A stretch of DNA of 64,000 nucleotides from Octopus vulgaris (taxonomy: Eukaryota), in NCBI GenBank assembly GCA_951406725.2, contig OX597816.1, positions 105,400,001 through 105,464,000 on the forward strand, in the 5' to 3' direction. The translations under genes were made by a program, and so were the position numbers. Numbering within the stretch: position 1 is the first letter of the stretch; every line of letters starts with the position of its first letter. Under the pieces are notes generated by a model. The model was not told the DNA's origin. It did no database searches and saw only the letters and a program-made list of their open reading frames with translations. Shown here one piece after another: positions 38,205 through 52,852 of the stretch.

Positions 38205-39419
38205 CTGATGATGATTTTATTTCTATTTTATTGGGAATTGCAGTCTGATGGTGATTTTGCATTACATATGTATTATATTTGCAATATGTATGTATTATAT
38301 ATATAGTAATTAAATTACATATTATACACTTTATTGTGTCTTGTTATGTATGTGATCCCCTGGTTTGTGGAAAAATTGCCTTGCATGAAACCAGTTTGTA
38401 ATGTAAAAATGGTTGGGGATCACTGGTGTGGAAGATTATCATATATTTGTAGGATCTTTCAGCAATAATGCTAACCCAGAGATGTCTAGATGTTGTTCAT
38501 GAAGATTTTGAAAAAATATTTCCTTAAAAAATTATTTTCCAAGATATAACAAAACATCTGCTTTGACCATCTGGAATTCTAGAGAAATTATTGATTTCAG
38601 AAATATTACTTCTTAGATCAGCAATATGACAATATTCACTTATCATGTTTGAAATTTTTCATACACATAGCAGATATAAAATTGTCTTCAGTACTAAGAA
38701 TGCATATTTTGTATATCTTTGTTTTTATAGATGTTATATTCAGAACACAATCACAAAATCTTTACCATCTTACTTTAACACTGAAAGCTGTGTTCTCATA
38801 ACACAAAGTCAGCAGAAACAATATCGGAATTATTATAAGAATATACATTACACATATCTATATCTACATCTGTCTGTCTGACAATGACACTTGTTTACAA
38901 CTATCATGTGATGTCAATGCAAGGAGACAGTAACACATATACAAACACACACAAACACACACACACACACATAAACACACACATACACATGTATACACAT
39001 ACATGCATATGATAGGCTTCTTTCAGTTTTCATTAGCCAAATCCACACACAAGGTTTTGGTCAGCCCAGGGCCATAGAAGAAGACACTTACCCAAAGTGC
39101 AATGCAGTGGGACTGAACCCACAACTGTATGGCTGGAAGAGAGAGGAGAAAAAAATGGTGTAGTGCTAAGATATACTCACAAGTAACAAGGATCTGAGCA
39201 TAGAACCTGGGTAGGAAAATAGGGTGTGGGAGAGCAATGATACAGTGAGCAGGGCAGTGAGGGCAAGAAAGGGGATTGGAAAACAATTATAATTTATGAA
39301 GAGGAAATGTGAGGAAGAGAAAGATGCAGTTAGAAGAGGAGTTTAATTCGGTTTCTTAGGGTAGAGTGGGTGAAAAGTGTGCTGTTACATGTGGGTGGGT
39401 CACAGCTCTTCAAACATTC

Positions 39420-40300
39420 AGTTTTGTTGATGGGTTTTCTCTACAACCTTGTATCACCAAACATCTTGGTCCACTGTCATTTCCTCCATGAGTCCCAGCA
39501 TCCTAAGATTGGTCCACACCACTTCATCCTATGTCTTCCTGGGTCTCCTTCTTCCACAGATACCATCCACTTTCAGTGACAGGCACTTCTGTATGCAGCT
39601 GTCTTCACTCATTCTCATCACATGTCCAAGCCAATGCATTCTCCTCTCCTGCACACCACATTTAATCCCACCTATGCCTAACTTTTCTCTCAACACAGAT
39701 GTGTTTTGTTGGGCATGCACACTGATATTGCAAATCCAACAGAACATACTACCTTCATTCCTCTCCATCTTATGTATATTCTACACAGTCAGGACCTATG
39801 TCTCACTACCATGTAACATAGCCATTCTCACATAAGCATCATACAATCTACCTTTCACTCTGAGAGAGTTTTTTGCTGCCAGCAGAAGTAGTTGTTCCCT
39901 GAACTGCCTCTACCCTATTCTTATTCTAGAAACAATACTTTTCGAGCATCCACCACCATTACTAATTTGGTCACCTAAATAACAGAAACTATCTACTACC
40001 TTAAGAGAGCTTCCTGGGCATTTGAGAGAGTTTAGGTCTCTTGTGCTCTTAGTACTTATTGTTCCTATGCATCTACCACACACAAAAGCAACCTTATCTG
40101 ATAACATACCCACAATTCCATTGCATCTTTTATGCATCCATAGCTTGCACTTGGTGCAGCTAATGGAATTATGTTCCACTCCTTTCCTACATATTGAACA
40201 GGAACATTTACCAGCTGGAATGAGAGTCTTATCTTCTTTCTCACTAACAACAACTTTAGTCTTAGCTAAGGTAACTTTAAGGCTCTTTGATTTCAGGTTT
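39420..40300 (-). mobile_element. RTE LINE 3' coding remnant
   Basis: LAKTKV..CSICRKG..CTKCKLWMHKRC..FCYLGDQ; GRRRPRKT. Confidence 0.85.
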
Positions 40301-40304
40301 TGAC

Positions 40305-40880
40305 AGGTGTCTGGGCAAGCAACAGGCGTCCATGCTAGCAGCTTGGTGTCCATGCTAGCAGCTGGCGTCCGTGCTAGCAGAGAGCAAAGAGCACCATACG
40401 AGTGTGATCATTGACAGAGCGGCTAACTGGCTTCCATGCCAGCGGCACTTAAAATGCACCATTTGAGAGTGATTGTTACCAGCATCGCCTTACTAGCACT
40501 TGAGCCCTGTGCTAGTAGGGTATTAAGAGCACCATCCAAGCATGATCATTGCCAGAGTAGCTATCTGGCCTCTGTGCCGGTGGCACATAAAAGACACCAT
40601 TCGAGCGTAATCATTACCAGCATTGCCTTACTGGCACCTGTGCTGGTGGCATGTGTAAAAGATTCAAGCGAGGTCATTGCCAGTACTGCCTGACTGGTCC
40701 CGTGCCGGTGGCACGTAAAAGTACCCATTACACTCTCGGAGTGGTTGGCATTAGGAAGGACATCCACCTGTAGAAACTCTGCCAGATCAAGATTGAAGCC
40801 TGGTGCAGCCATCTGCTTCGCCAGCCCTCAGTCAATCGTGCAACTCATGCTAGCATGGAAAGCGGATGTTAAACAATGAT
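40305..40880 (+). mobile_element. RTE LINE 3' UTR with internal repeats
   Basis: Homology to 19690-20110. Confidence 0.85.
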
Positions 40881-41604
40881 GGTGGTTGTGGTAGTGGAAG
40901 CAGCAGTTGGGGAATCAACAGCAGTGGTGGTGGTGGTGGTGGCAGCAGTGGTGGTGATGGTGGTGGTGGTGGAGATGTTGATGAGGATGATAATGATGAT
41001 GATGATGTTGATGATCAGTCTAACAACCACTTAAAGCCCCCTTATTAGCCATAGACGAGGTTGATGATGACTGGTGGGGAGGCAGTAGTGATGGTGGTGG
41101 TGGTGGTGGTGGTGGTGTTAGTGGTTGGTGATGAGGAGAAATAACTATGAAAAACAAAACAGAAGAAAGGTAAATAAAGATGACAAAAACTCCCATTGGA
41201 AAAAAAAGAAGAAAAAAAAAGAAAGAAATTTATCTGAAAAACAAAACAACAATAAAACTAGCTTGAAATTTCATTATTAAAAGTTTAGCAACAGAAATAA
41301 CAACAAAGAGGAAAAAATCCCATTAAACAAGTAAAATCAAATCTTCTCCCATTTTATTTGTTGTCCGTCTTTAAACGATCAAAGATGATGCTCACTAATG
41401 CTGAACTTTTGATTTACCAAAACATTTATCAGATTAAAAGTCAGTCAATACATAGTTTGATATTTTTTTTCTCTCAGTAATGGTTCTGAACTCATGCATT
41501 CTTTCTTTTTTTGTTTTTCTTTTTCAGCAATTTTTCAATGAATTTCTTAATTTCAGTTTTTATTTTATTACTACATTGCTCCATCTATTTGCTTAGAGTG
41601 CTTA

Positions 41605-41653
41605 TGTAGGCATGTGTGAGTGTATGTATGTATTACATACATACATATATGCA

Positions 41654-41684
<31 letters not shown>

Positions 41685-41975
41685 ATGTGAATGCATGTAT
41701 GTGTGTATGTATGTATATATGTTTATATGTGTGTGTATGTATGTATGTGTGTATGTATGTGTGTGTATGTATGCATGTGTGAATGTGTATGCATGTATGT
41801 ATGAATGCATGTATATATGCATGGGTGTGTATGTATGTATAAATGTATGTGTGTGTATGTATGCATGTGTGAATGAGTGTATGTACGTATGTATGTATAT
41901 ATGTATGTATGTATATATGCATGTATATATATATGTATATATGTATGTATTTATGTATGTATGTGTGTATGTATA
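41605..41975. repeat. Compound (TATG)n/(TG)n microsatellite
   Basis: Seen directly. Confidence 0.9.
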
Positions 41976-41979
41976 ATGA

Positions 41980-42125
41980 AGGCACATGGCTTAGTGGTTA
42001 TGGTATTCAGCTAATGATTGTAAGGTCATGAGTTTGATTCCTGGTGGTGTGTTGTGTCCTTGAGCAAGACACTTCATTTCACATTGCTCCCAGTCCACTC
42101 GCCTGACAAAAATGAGTTGTACTTG
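41980..42125 (+). mobile_element. SINE 5' part (tRNA-like head plus core domain)
   Basis: tggcttagtggtta...gagtttgattcc...gtgtccttgagcaagacac. Confidence 0.7.
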
Positions 42126-42779
42126 AATTTTTGATTTCTCCACTTTCCTACTTACTAAGACTTTTGATTTTGCTAGATTAGCTCTAAGGGCCTTTGATTT
42201 TAGACCTTGCTTCCACCCCTAAAATTTCTTCTCTAGTTCTGGTAGTTATTCAGCTATAAGAACTAGATTTTCAGTATAGAGGAACTCCCAGGGGCAGCCC
42301 GACTTAAATTCCACTGTCATTGCCTGGAGAACATCGCGTGGAGGAATACTTGTACCCTGAATTCATTACTATACTTGTTGCCAACCCTCACTTTTCCAAC
42401 AGCATTCCTATACATGGCTTCTACAGCTCTCACCAACCACTCATCTATCCCTAGTTTCCACACTGAACACCATCATCATCATCCTTCTACCAACCTATGG
42501 TTGGTTGGAACTCCATTGACAATCCCTTTCCACACTACACTGTCCTGCATTGCTGTGTTCAGATCTCTAATATCCAGCTCTAATATCAGTTCTGAAATAT
42601 AGTAGCTGAAAATGTTAGTTTCCTGGAGAAAAAACTTCCAGAGGGATGCCATAGGAGCAGGGATGAGATAACCTCTTTCTGTGCTCGATGACAGTGGCCA
42701 GCAAATTGTACCCATTTCTGCTTTAGTTTGAGGGATATTGGTATCAGATTTCCGTAGATGTTACTAAGATGTTTCTAGG

Positions 42780-44180
42780 AACATTAGATGAGGCATACGC
42801 CAATGTAGAAACAGATTACATTCTAGCTGAGATCAACAAAATTGAAAACTTGCATACTGCAAAGCATCATACTGCAGTATGGAAATTAATAAACACACTA
42901 ACTTGAAGAAAATTTAAGCCCTACATCAGGCTTAAAGGTGGTTCCTCTGAGAAGTGCAAGGCCAACTGTTTGACCACTTTCAGAAACTTCTTGGAGAACC
43001 ATTACAAACTAGCGGTTTTCCACTTCCTCTACACCAAATATCTAATGTATTCAACATGGACCTTTTCACACGGGATGAGCTCAAAGTAGTTTTGCTAACA
43101 ATAAATCTGCAGAACTCGATAACATACCAACATTTCTGTGGAAAGATCCAATATTTCATGAAGCTTCACTAGGTTTCTGCAATGACACCTATGCACATCA
43201 TTTGCCTGCATCAGCTTGGTTGAAAGGTGGAATTGTCCCCCCCCCACATAAAAAACGGTGATCTAACAAGTGCAGCAAATTATAGAGGTGTTACTCTGAT
43301 CTCAATTGCAGCAAAAGTTTGTAACAAACTTCTGATTAATATGATTGTACCTATGCTCGATCCACTTCTTTGTTAGAATCAGAATGGATTTAGAAGGGGC
43401 CAGTCAACAACTGTTCAAATCCTCTCCATCGGTCACATACTGGAAGAAATGAAAAAGTTAAACAAGAGCATAACAATCTGTTTGTTCAACTTTCATAAAG
43501 AATTTGATTCCATTAGTAGAGATCTTATGTTTAAAATCCTTGCACTCTATGGTATTTCTCCCAGGATTGTTGATGCTATCAGAGCATTGCACACAAACAC
43601 CACTGCCACAGTTATATCTCCTGATGGAAAAACTGATTTCTTTAAAGGTGTTCTGCAGGGTGACACACTCACTCCTTTCTGGTTCATCATTGTTCTCAAC
43701 TATATTTCTACACATTCCCCTAATCAGTATGGAGGAAAAGGGACTCTGTTTGAAACCCTGCCAGAGCAGTCGGCACAATATTTAACTAATCTTGACTTTG
43801 CTGACGATCTTGCCTTGATATCCCATTGTATTAAAGATGCAGAATCATTGTTACAAGTACTGGAGAAAGAAGAAAACCAGGTAAATCTTTACTGCAATGA
43901 GTGTAAGACAAAATTTATCACAACCTTCTCCAAGTTAACTGAACTTAAATTGCTTAATAATATTTTGATCAAAAGCGTTGATGATACCAAATATCTTGGA
44001 TCACACATAGTAGACTCCCAAAAGGACTTTCACATCCACAAAGCTCTTGCTTGGGATACATGTAACAGACTTGATGAGATCTGGCACTCAAACTTTCCAC
44101 CCACGTTAATACTGATTGAGTTGGTCCTTCTCTATGGATCAGAGACCTGGACCTTATTGCCTCTCTTAGAAAACTAGATT
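42780..44180 (+). mobile_element. Non-LTR retrotransposon RT pseudogene (RTE-like); an opposite-strand 3' end fragment lies at ~42470-42600
   Basis: NYRGVTL, QNGFRRGQST, FDSI, GVLQGDTL, DFADDL, KYLGS, LLYGSETW. Confidence 0.9.
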
Positions 44181-44349
44181 GACCACAAGATAAGGGAGCA
44201 CAGGAATATAAACATATATATATATGCAACACACAAACACATATATATATGTGCCCGCACACACACACACACACACACACACGCGCGCGCGCACACACAC
44301 ACACACACACACATATATCAAAGTACAAACCCTTTTAAGCAGATGCCCC

Positions 44350-44655
44350 CTGACTAGCTCCCATGCTGGTGGCACGTAAAAAGCGCCATCTGTATGTGGT
44401 TAATTCCAGTGCCCCCTGACTGGCTCCCGTGCTGGTGGCACATAAACAGCACATAAAAATCATGTGATCGATGCCAGGGTTCTGTGCCTGTGACATGTAA
44501 AAAGCACCCACTACAGTCTTGCATTAGGAAGGGCATCCAACTGTAGAAACATTGCCAGATCAGACTGGAACCTGGTGCAGCAGCTGGCTTTCCAGACCTC
44601 AGTCAAGCCTTCCAACCCATGCCAGCATGGAAAACGGACGTTAAAAGATGATGAT
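44350..44655 (+). mobile_element. RTE LINE 3' tail
   Basis: Homology to 285-461. Confidence 0.8.
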
Positions 44656-44720
44656 ATATATATATGTATATACATATATATATATTCATATACATACATA
44701 TATATGTATATATATGTATA

Positions 44721-44784
<64 letters not shown>

Positions 44785-44799
44785 CTTATGTATGTATGT

Positions 44800-46372
44800 G
44801 TGTGTGTGTGTAAAAGATTATAACGACTGTATTTTCCAACTGATTTTCTTCAAACTGGGAACATACATTACTTATGTTAAAGGGATGGTTTTAGACTCTT
44901 AAAATTTCTCACATAATGAGTAACGGGCAACCTGGGGGGCAGAAAATGCCCATTCATGGGTTATGTGGATAAGGGAGGTAACTCTGTCAAGAAACTTCAG
45001 AAATTGATTGTCTCCCTTTGGATTCACGTCTTTGAAAGTTTTCAAAAATATTTACTTCCAGTTTTCTAGTGTCAGTGACATCTATATCTCTCTATCTATA
45101 TCTCTCCTTCCATCTCTCTCTATCTATCGCTATCTCTATATCTACCTATCTCTCTGTATCTATCTGTCTACATCTTATCTATCTATATCTATCTTATTTG
45201 TCTAACTAGCTAGCTCTCTCTCCCTCTCTCCCTATATCTTACTCTCTTCTGTTTCCACTTTCATTTTTCAGATACTATTGTTTTCATAGTAAGTTATTAA
45301 TCGCTATTTACAAACAACAACGGCAAATTACTGACAGAAAAAGTTCAAAATTACTAATGAAAGTAATTTCATACATGATTTACTGACAGAAGTAACTTCA
45401 TAAATTTCACTTCAATCCGTACACTTTGTTAAATTTGCCTGCAAATTTCTTATTTACTTTTGCAACATTTTTTTTTTTCTGTCGACGGAATTACCGATAA
45501 AAGTAAGTTCATAATTTACTTACTGACAAAAGTAACTTAAAAAATTTCACTTTAATCGTACACTTAGTTATCTTCCCTAAAAATTTCCTGTTTACTTTTG
45601 CAATGCTTTTGTGTTTTTCTTTCGTTAATGGCCTTTTTCTGGTTCCTGTAATACAAGATCTTTGATTCACTGACAAATTTCACTTCAGCCTGTACAATTC
45701 ATAATTTTCCTTAAAACTTTCTTATTTACTTTCTTCTCATTGTATTAAGAAAAGTAATTTTCATTATTTACTATCTTCTGCACCCATGTGTTTCTGTATA
45801 TGTATATAAACATGCCTAGAAGGAAAGTGACAAATTTGTCTACAAAAGAATGGCTCTGTCCAGAGAAAGAGAGACAGTTGCAGAAAGGGAAGCATACTAA
45901 GAAACAAAGAGACTGCACTCAAAAACTAGAGCATCTCAAAGTAATGAACAGAGGCTGACAAGGAATAGAATCTCTGCTGCAGCACAAAGAGCAGTTGCAA
46001 CAGCTCAGAGAAGCAACTTCTATGAAGTAGCTTTCAATTATGATCCAGCAGTTCAGTATGCAGATGACACTAGAGTTTCCATTGGTGCAATGACAACTGG
46101 GTACATACATTGTAAAGCAAGGAAGTGGCCTGCAGTTGTGGAAAGGTTAAACTCCCTGCAATCTCCCAGAGCCATTGAAGAAACTATTGTCATCAACTGA
46201 CCAAGATTCTAAGCACTTCCAAAACAAAATTAGACAATACAACTCTGCATTACAGATGATATCATTTGGAGCCACAAGAGATTTAAATGAGCCAGGGTTC
46301 ATGCATATCCATGGTCAGATTTATCATCAGATTGGCTCTTTACTACCTCTGTCAAATGAATCACCAAAATTG
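44800..46372 (+). mobile_element. Helitron 5' fragment with decayed RepHel N-terminus
   Basis: AFNYDP...IGAMT...HCKARKW, CGKVKLP, SKHFQNKIRQYNSALQMISFG, IHGQIYHQIGSLLP; short tandem repeats in the leader. Confidence 0.85.
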
Positions 46373-46459
46373 GTCTTTCATTGTTTACAATATGTACCTG
46401 TTTTTTGGTGACGAAATAAGCTACCCAAAACATGTCATTGAATTAGGTATATTCATGTT

Positions 46460-46760
46460 GCATCCCCAAAGTCCATCCCCTCCTCACCGTGGTGGGGAAG
46501 CTGGCAACAGGTAGTATCAGAGCTATGCCGTCGGAAACTTCGGTTCCTGGTAGGGCCACCCAAGGCAGATTGGTCTGATAGCGAGTGGTATTAGGGCCAC
46601 AACCTGGCAGATGGGGCTCTGGTGAAAATCCTCGGAGTGTCTGCTTCAGCAACCGGCGGCTCCTTGGTTGTTCTGTCCCTGTGTCTGTGGACAATCTGCG
46701 GCAAACAGGATGCCAACTCAACCTGCCCAGGGTGAATGTCGCCACAAGTATAAGTAAGTA
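46460..46760 (+). mobile_element. GC-rich element resembling an RTE 5' UTR or RTE-derived SINE
   Basis: accgtggtggggaag..agctatgccg..cctggtagggccacccaaggc; taag-repeat tail. Confidence 0.5.
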
Positions 46761-46768
46761 TATTTATG

Positions 46769-46833
<65 letters not shown>

Positions 46834-47000
46834 TTAAAAGCTTTCTTTTAACATTTCACTTAATGTCTATGTTCCATGCTGGCATGGGTTGGAAAGTTAT
46901 TAATTTAGAAAGTTGGTATCTCAGCTACTAGCAGTTGAGACCTGCGTAATCTAGATGGTGTTTTTAAATTTCAATATTCTCTTTAACCCAGGCAATGTAT

Positions 47001-47031
<31 letters not shown>

Positions 47032-47410
47032 TACACACACACACACATACATATATATATATATGTATATATATATATACAAGATAGATGTTTCTGTCCT
47101 ATTTTCTGTAACATCATTTATATATTTTTATAACCTAAAGCCATACTAACTGAACAGATGGAATATTACATTTACAATGCAAAGAAACTATTGCAGCATT
47201 ACTTTTGACTTTTTTCATATAATTTAAATCATCATATTAAAATTTCCTCAGATGTCACGTTTGCTAAGTTTTGACATACGTGTCAATTGCTTCAACATTT
47301 TACGTATGCATTTTATGTCTACATTAATTTTTGTTTCTAATGTTTTTTCATCAATTCAAATGCATTCAGATTTCATGTGAAACATACACACATATGCTTG
47401 TGCATATTTA

Positions 47411-47467
<57 letters not shown>

Positions 47468-47504
47468 GTATAGAAATATATGTAGATAGATAGATATAAT
47501 ATAT

Positions 47505-47547
<43 letters not shown>

Positions 47548-47820
47548 TGTCTGTTTAGCCATTATCCTTTTCCAGTATCATGATGGAAAGAAATACAAAG
47601 AACAACATAAACACAAAGAAAAGAAAGAAACAAATAAAATAATAAAATGGAAAATGGCAAACTACACAAATGCCAAACTCAAGTAGAAATCTAGCAAATG
47701 TAACAAAGAAAAAAATATATTTAAAAAGGTGAAAAGGATTAAAATAATGATTAAAATTGTTAAATTAAAAGTCAAACTATGCAAAATTGAAGAATTTGAT
47801 ATCTTGCACTAAAATTCTTG

Positions 47821-48040
47821 TACAAGGCAGTGCTGAAAAGTTCTTGGCCTCGGGTAAAAGAAAATACAGGATGATCAGTTAATTATGATTTTATTGAACA
47901 TATTCCCCTCTCAGATTCACACACTTATTGCAGTGGTCCTTCAGTTTTTCTAAGCTCTGTAAAAGCATTCAGAAGGTTGGGCCACCAACCAGACCTTTCG
48001 CAATGCCTTTAAAGCCAAGAACTTTGCAGCACCCCTTCAT
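47821..48040. mobile_element. Mariner-type MITE
   Basis: TIRs gtgctgaaaagttcttggc / gccaagaactttgcagcac. Confidence 0.7.
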
Positions 48041-48567
48041 CAATGATTGAGAAAGGAAACTGAATGAGACTGCAACAGTTTCTCTGTGTGTGTGTGTGCA
48101 TGCGTGCGTGAGTGTTTTTTTTGTTTGTGCATGTGTGTGTGTGTGTGCATGCGTGAGTGTGTTTTTGTTTGTGTGTGTAATGTTTGAATGCATGAATGAC
48201 AAGTTGGATTGAAAGAAAACCTGGGTATACCCATACTTCCTAGCATACACATCAACATACTATATAGTGTAAGCATGCAGTGTAAACATTCAAACATTTA
48301 TCACTATCTTTCCAAATCCTGTTGCACTTCACATGGAATTTTTGGTCTTCCAAAATGATCTTGATGTGCAAGTTAACTTACTTTTTTGGAACTTTGATGT
48401 TTGGTTTAAAATATTTGACTTGTATGCTTAGGACTTCCGACTGAGTTTTCTCCTTGGCTCTATGTGTGGTAAAACCTGTGGAACCACTAATTTAGTATAG
48501 CTCCAGCTTCATCAACCAAGAGCATGAAGCAGTAAGCAGCAGCAGCAGTAAGCAATCAGAAAATAAG

Positions 48568-48998
48568 GCGAAATTCTTAATGGTATTTCATCCGTCTTTA
48601 CTTACATTCTGAGTTCAAATTCCACCGAGGTCGACTTTGCCTTTCATCATTTCGGGGTCGATAAATTAAGTACCAGTTATGCACTGAGATCGGGGTCGAT
48701 GTAATCGACTTAATCCCTTTGTCTGTCCTTGTTTTTCCCCTCTATGTTTAGCCCCTTGTGAGCAATAAAGAAATAAGAAACATTAGCACACCAGGTGAAA
48801 TGCTTAGTGGTATTTTGTCTGCCGTTATGTTCTGAGTTCAAATTCCGCCGAGGTTGACTTTGCCTTTCATCTTTTCAGGGTTAATAAATTAAGTACCAGT
48901 TATGCACTGGGGTTGATCTAATCGACTTATCCTCTTTGTCTGTCCTTGTTTGTCCCCTCTATGTTTAGCTCCTTGTGGGCAATAAAGAAATAAGAAAA
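48568..48998 (+). mobile_element. Head-to-tail dimer of a Nin/Deu-domain-like SINE (~225 bp unit)
   Basis: gagttcaaattcc..gactttgcctttcatc..taaattaagtaccag occurs twice, each unit ending aataaagaaataagaaa. Confidence 0.75.
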
Positions 48999-50112
48999 TA
49001 TGGTAAGAGGAAACAGTTGGAGTGCGCAAGAAAGATGGCTACACTGGCATCGTCAAATAATGTATATGAATGATAATGGATGAGTCAAGTAGTACCAGAA
49101 GATTCCTGTGGAAGGAACCAGCTGAAGAAGAAAACCAATAACAAGATGAAAGATGTGGTGAAAGTTGATCCCAGGATGTGGAACCTAACAAAGAAGATAC
49201 CAAAGGAAAGCCACAAGTAGTGAGATGTTATGTAGGAAATGACCTGTTCAACTCAAACAAGAATAGAAAAACATATGTAAAAAGAATGATGATAATGACG
49301 ATGACGATAGTAATGATGATGGTGACTATATAACAATGATATTATTGATTTTTGGTGCTGATGTGGCTGTGTAGTAGTGAAGCTTGCTTCCCAACCATCT
49401 GGGCTTGGGTTCAGTCTCATTGCATAGAAACTTGGGTAAGTGTCTCCTACTATAGTCCTGGACAAGCAAAGCCTTGTGAGTTGATTTAGTAGATGGAAAC
49501 TGAAGGAAGCTCATTATATATGTGTATATATATATATATATATGAGGAGAATAAGGAGAATGAGAAGAATGTAGAACTTGAACATTCAAACTTTATGCTT
49601 ATTTCCAGTCAGTTTTTTCATAATAATAGTTCAATAAATGTTTTGATCGTACCAACTGCATACTGTTGCATATTCATATGCAGTAATTTATGCATTATTA
49701 GTATGATCTCATCAGGGCATATAAGTATGACATTTTCCAAAGAGGAATTTTCTTCTGCTGTTAGTTTAAATTAGACTTGGTAGTATTAGCAAACCGTTAC
49801 ATTCTTCAATGAGATGTTTTTCACAACTGTTTGTTTGGGTAAAATTCAGAAGCAGCAGCACCAGTGTTTATATGTATATATGTATATGTATATATGTATG
49901 TGTGAGTGTTTGTGTTTGTCCTCTGTTACCAATTGACAACCACTGTTTACATTTGTTTAACTTAGTGGTTTGGCAAAAGATACTCACACTTAAAAAAAAT
50001 ATCAGGGTCATTTTCTTTGATGAAACTTTCAAGGTAGTGCCACAGTATGGCCGCAGTCAAATGACTGGATTATGTAAAAGACAAAAGATGAAAGATATAT
50101 ATCTCTCTTTTC

Positions 50113-50508
50113 TCTCTTTTACTTGTTTCAGTCATTTGACTGTGGCCATGCTGGAGCACCGCCTTTAGTCGAGCAAATTGACCCCGGGACTTATTCTTTG
50201 TAAGCCCAGTACTTATTCTATCAGTCTCTTTTGCCGAACCGCTAAGTGACGGGGACGTAAACACACCAGCATCGGTTGTCAAGCAATGCTGGGGAACAAA
50301 CATAGACACACAAACATATACACACACATACATATATATATACATATATACGACAGGCTTCTTTCAGTTTCCGTCTATCAAATCCACTCACAAGGCATTG
50401 GTTGGCCCAGGGCTATAGCAGAAGACACTTGCTCAAGATGCCACGCAGTGGGACTGAACCCAGAACCATGTGGCTGGTTAGCAAGCTACTTACCACATAG
50501 CCACTCCA
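50113..50508 (-). mobile_element. tRNA-derived SINE, full length; partial opposite-strand copies at 49355-49520 and 49900-50090
   Basis: Homology to 7994-8378. Confidence 0.9.
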
Positions 50509-50769
50509 TGTATATATATATAAGCACACACACACACACACATGCACACACACAAACACACATAAGCAAGCACATACATATTTAAATATTGTAGAAGTGA
50601 ATACTTTACAGTTCTAATGAAAATATTTCTTTTGGACAAAATTAGAAGAAAGCTTGATACATGCCAAAAAACAAATCAATAAAAGAGCAATAATATATTG
50701 ATATATATAAGTACAGCTGAGAAGAATACACACAAACACACACACACACGCATACACACACATATGTAT

Positions 50770-51360
50770 ATCATCATCATCATCATCATCATTTAGTATC
50801 TGTTTTCCATGTTGGCATGGTTTAAATGGTTTGACTGGAACTGGTAAGCCTGAGAGCCATGCCAGGCTCCAGTCTGATCTTGGCTCAGTATCTACAACTG
50901 GATGCTCTTCCTAACACCAACCACACCAAGAGAGTAGTGGGTGGCTTTTATGTGTTACCAGCAATGTCCATGACTACAATTTCATGTGGCCTGACAATTC
51001 TTCCCAAGCACAACAAACTGCCAAAGGTCCTAATCATTTGTCATCACCTCCATGAAACCCAACATCTGAAGATCATGCCTCACCACCTTGTCCCATGTCT
51101 TCCTGGGTCTCCCACTTTCACAGGTTCCCCCCATGTCTTCCTGGGTCTCCCACTTTCACAGGTTCCCTCCACAGTTAGTGATTGGTACTTCTTTACACAG
51201 CTGTCTTTGTCCATACACATCACATAACCACACCAGTAAAATCTCTCTTGCACAATACTTCTGATGCCTCTTATGCCCAATTTTTCTTTCAAGATGCTTA
51301 CACTCTGTCATACTTGCACACTGACATTGCACATCCAGCAAAGCATACTAACTTCATTTC
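50770..51360 (-). mobile_element. RTE LINE 3' end
   Basis: KLGIRGIR..VEGTCESGRPRKTW plus tail. Confidence 0.8.
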
Positions 51361-51429
51361 TATGTATATGTATGTGTGTGTATGTGTGAGTGTGTGCGTG
51401 TGCGTGTGTGTGTATGTGTGTGCGTGTGC

Positions 51430-51460
<31 letters not shown>

Positions 51461-51629
51461 TAGAGATCACAAAAGTGACAGTGGGTACTTACTAGCACCA
51501 CTTTTCCAAAAGATAAGAGTTAGAATAATTCAAAAGCCACTATTGGCACTTCTGTGACCTCTGTTAATTTTGCCTTTAGGTTCTAATTGCTAATAAACCA
51601 CCCTTTTAAATTTATATATATATATATAT

Positions 51630-51843
51630 GCACTGCCTTGACTGGCGTCTGTGCCAGTGGCACGTGAAAAGCATCCACTACACTCATGGAGTGATTGGCG
51701 TTAAGAAGGGCATCCAGCTGTAGAAACACTGCCAGATCAGACGAGCCTGGTGCAGCCTCCTGGCTTCCCAGACCCCAGTCGAACTGTTCAACCCATGCTA
51801 GCATGGAAAACAGATGTTAAATGATGATGATGATGATGATGAT
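51630..51843 (+). mobile_element. RTE LINE 3' tail
   Basis: Homology to 285-461. Confidence 0.8.
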
Positions 51844-51980
51844 ATATATATAATATAAATAATATATATATATGTGCACACACACACACACACACATACA
51901 CACACACACATATATATATATATGTATTATTTATATTATTTGATTGAATGCTATGCATCCATTTCCAAGTAAGTTTATCT

Positions 51981-52026
<46 letters not shown>

Positions 52027-52813
52027 TGAACTTTAGTTTAGTTAAAATATGTTTGTAACTTCAACCTCTAAAGAAAAATTTACTGCAGTTACCATGGAGA
52101 AAAAAAATTCTCTCTTATGGTAAAAAGTGTAAAAACACCACATCTGTTATGCTTCCTTCTAGCAGATTCCCAGATGCATTTCTGGCTCTTTGATCATGTT
52201 TTCTGTCTGCCTTTCGTTTTCCCACTCACTCATCCAACATCGTGTCATCTTCTCTTGTTCTTCTCCTGTCTACTGTTTCGTCATTGCTATACTACTGCTC
52301 TGCACTGTCAGCCATCATTTTTCCCATCATTTCTGCTTCCTCTATCACACTCATTTCCACTCACCTCATATCCCAAAGGTTCACTTTAACATCTCATCAC
52401 CATTATTTTTTATCGCTATCCAGCCGATTCAATCTTTCTCCTAAAATATGAGTAGGCATGTAGCTCCTCTACAGAAATCTATTCTGCTCTGGTCCCTTTT
52501 CTCATACTCTTACAACTCTTTTACCCCTCATGTCCTTGCATAAAGTTGCACAATTAGGGTTTGTAGTCTTGCAAGTTGCTAGACAGTTTCACAAGTGTTC
52601 ATGATATGGCTGATTCAGGAAGGGCATCCAGCCATAGAAGCCATATCAAAAAGGGGGATAAAAAAAAAATGGAGCATGATGTAGTACTTGGACCCTTCAG
52701 CTCTTGTCGGACCATCCAGCTTATTAGTCATTAAACAACAATAATGAAGATGATAGTGATGCTGCTGCTGATGATGATGATGGTGATTATATATATGTGT
52801 ATCTATGCATACA

Positions 52814-52849
<36 letters not shown>

Positions 52850-52852
<3 letters not shown>

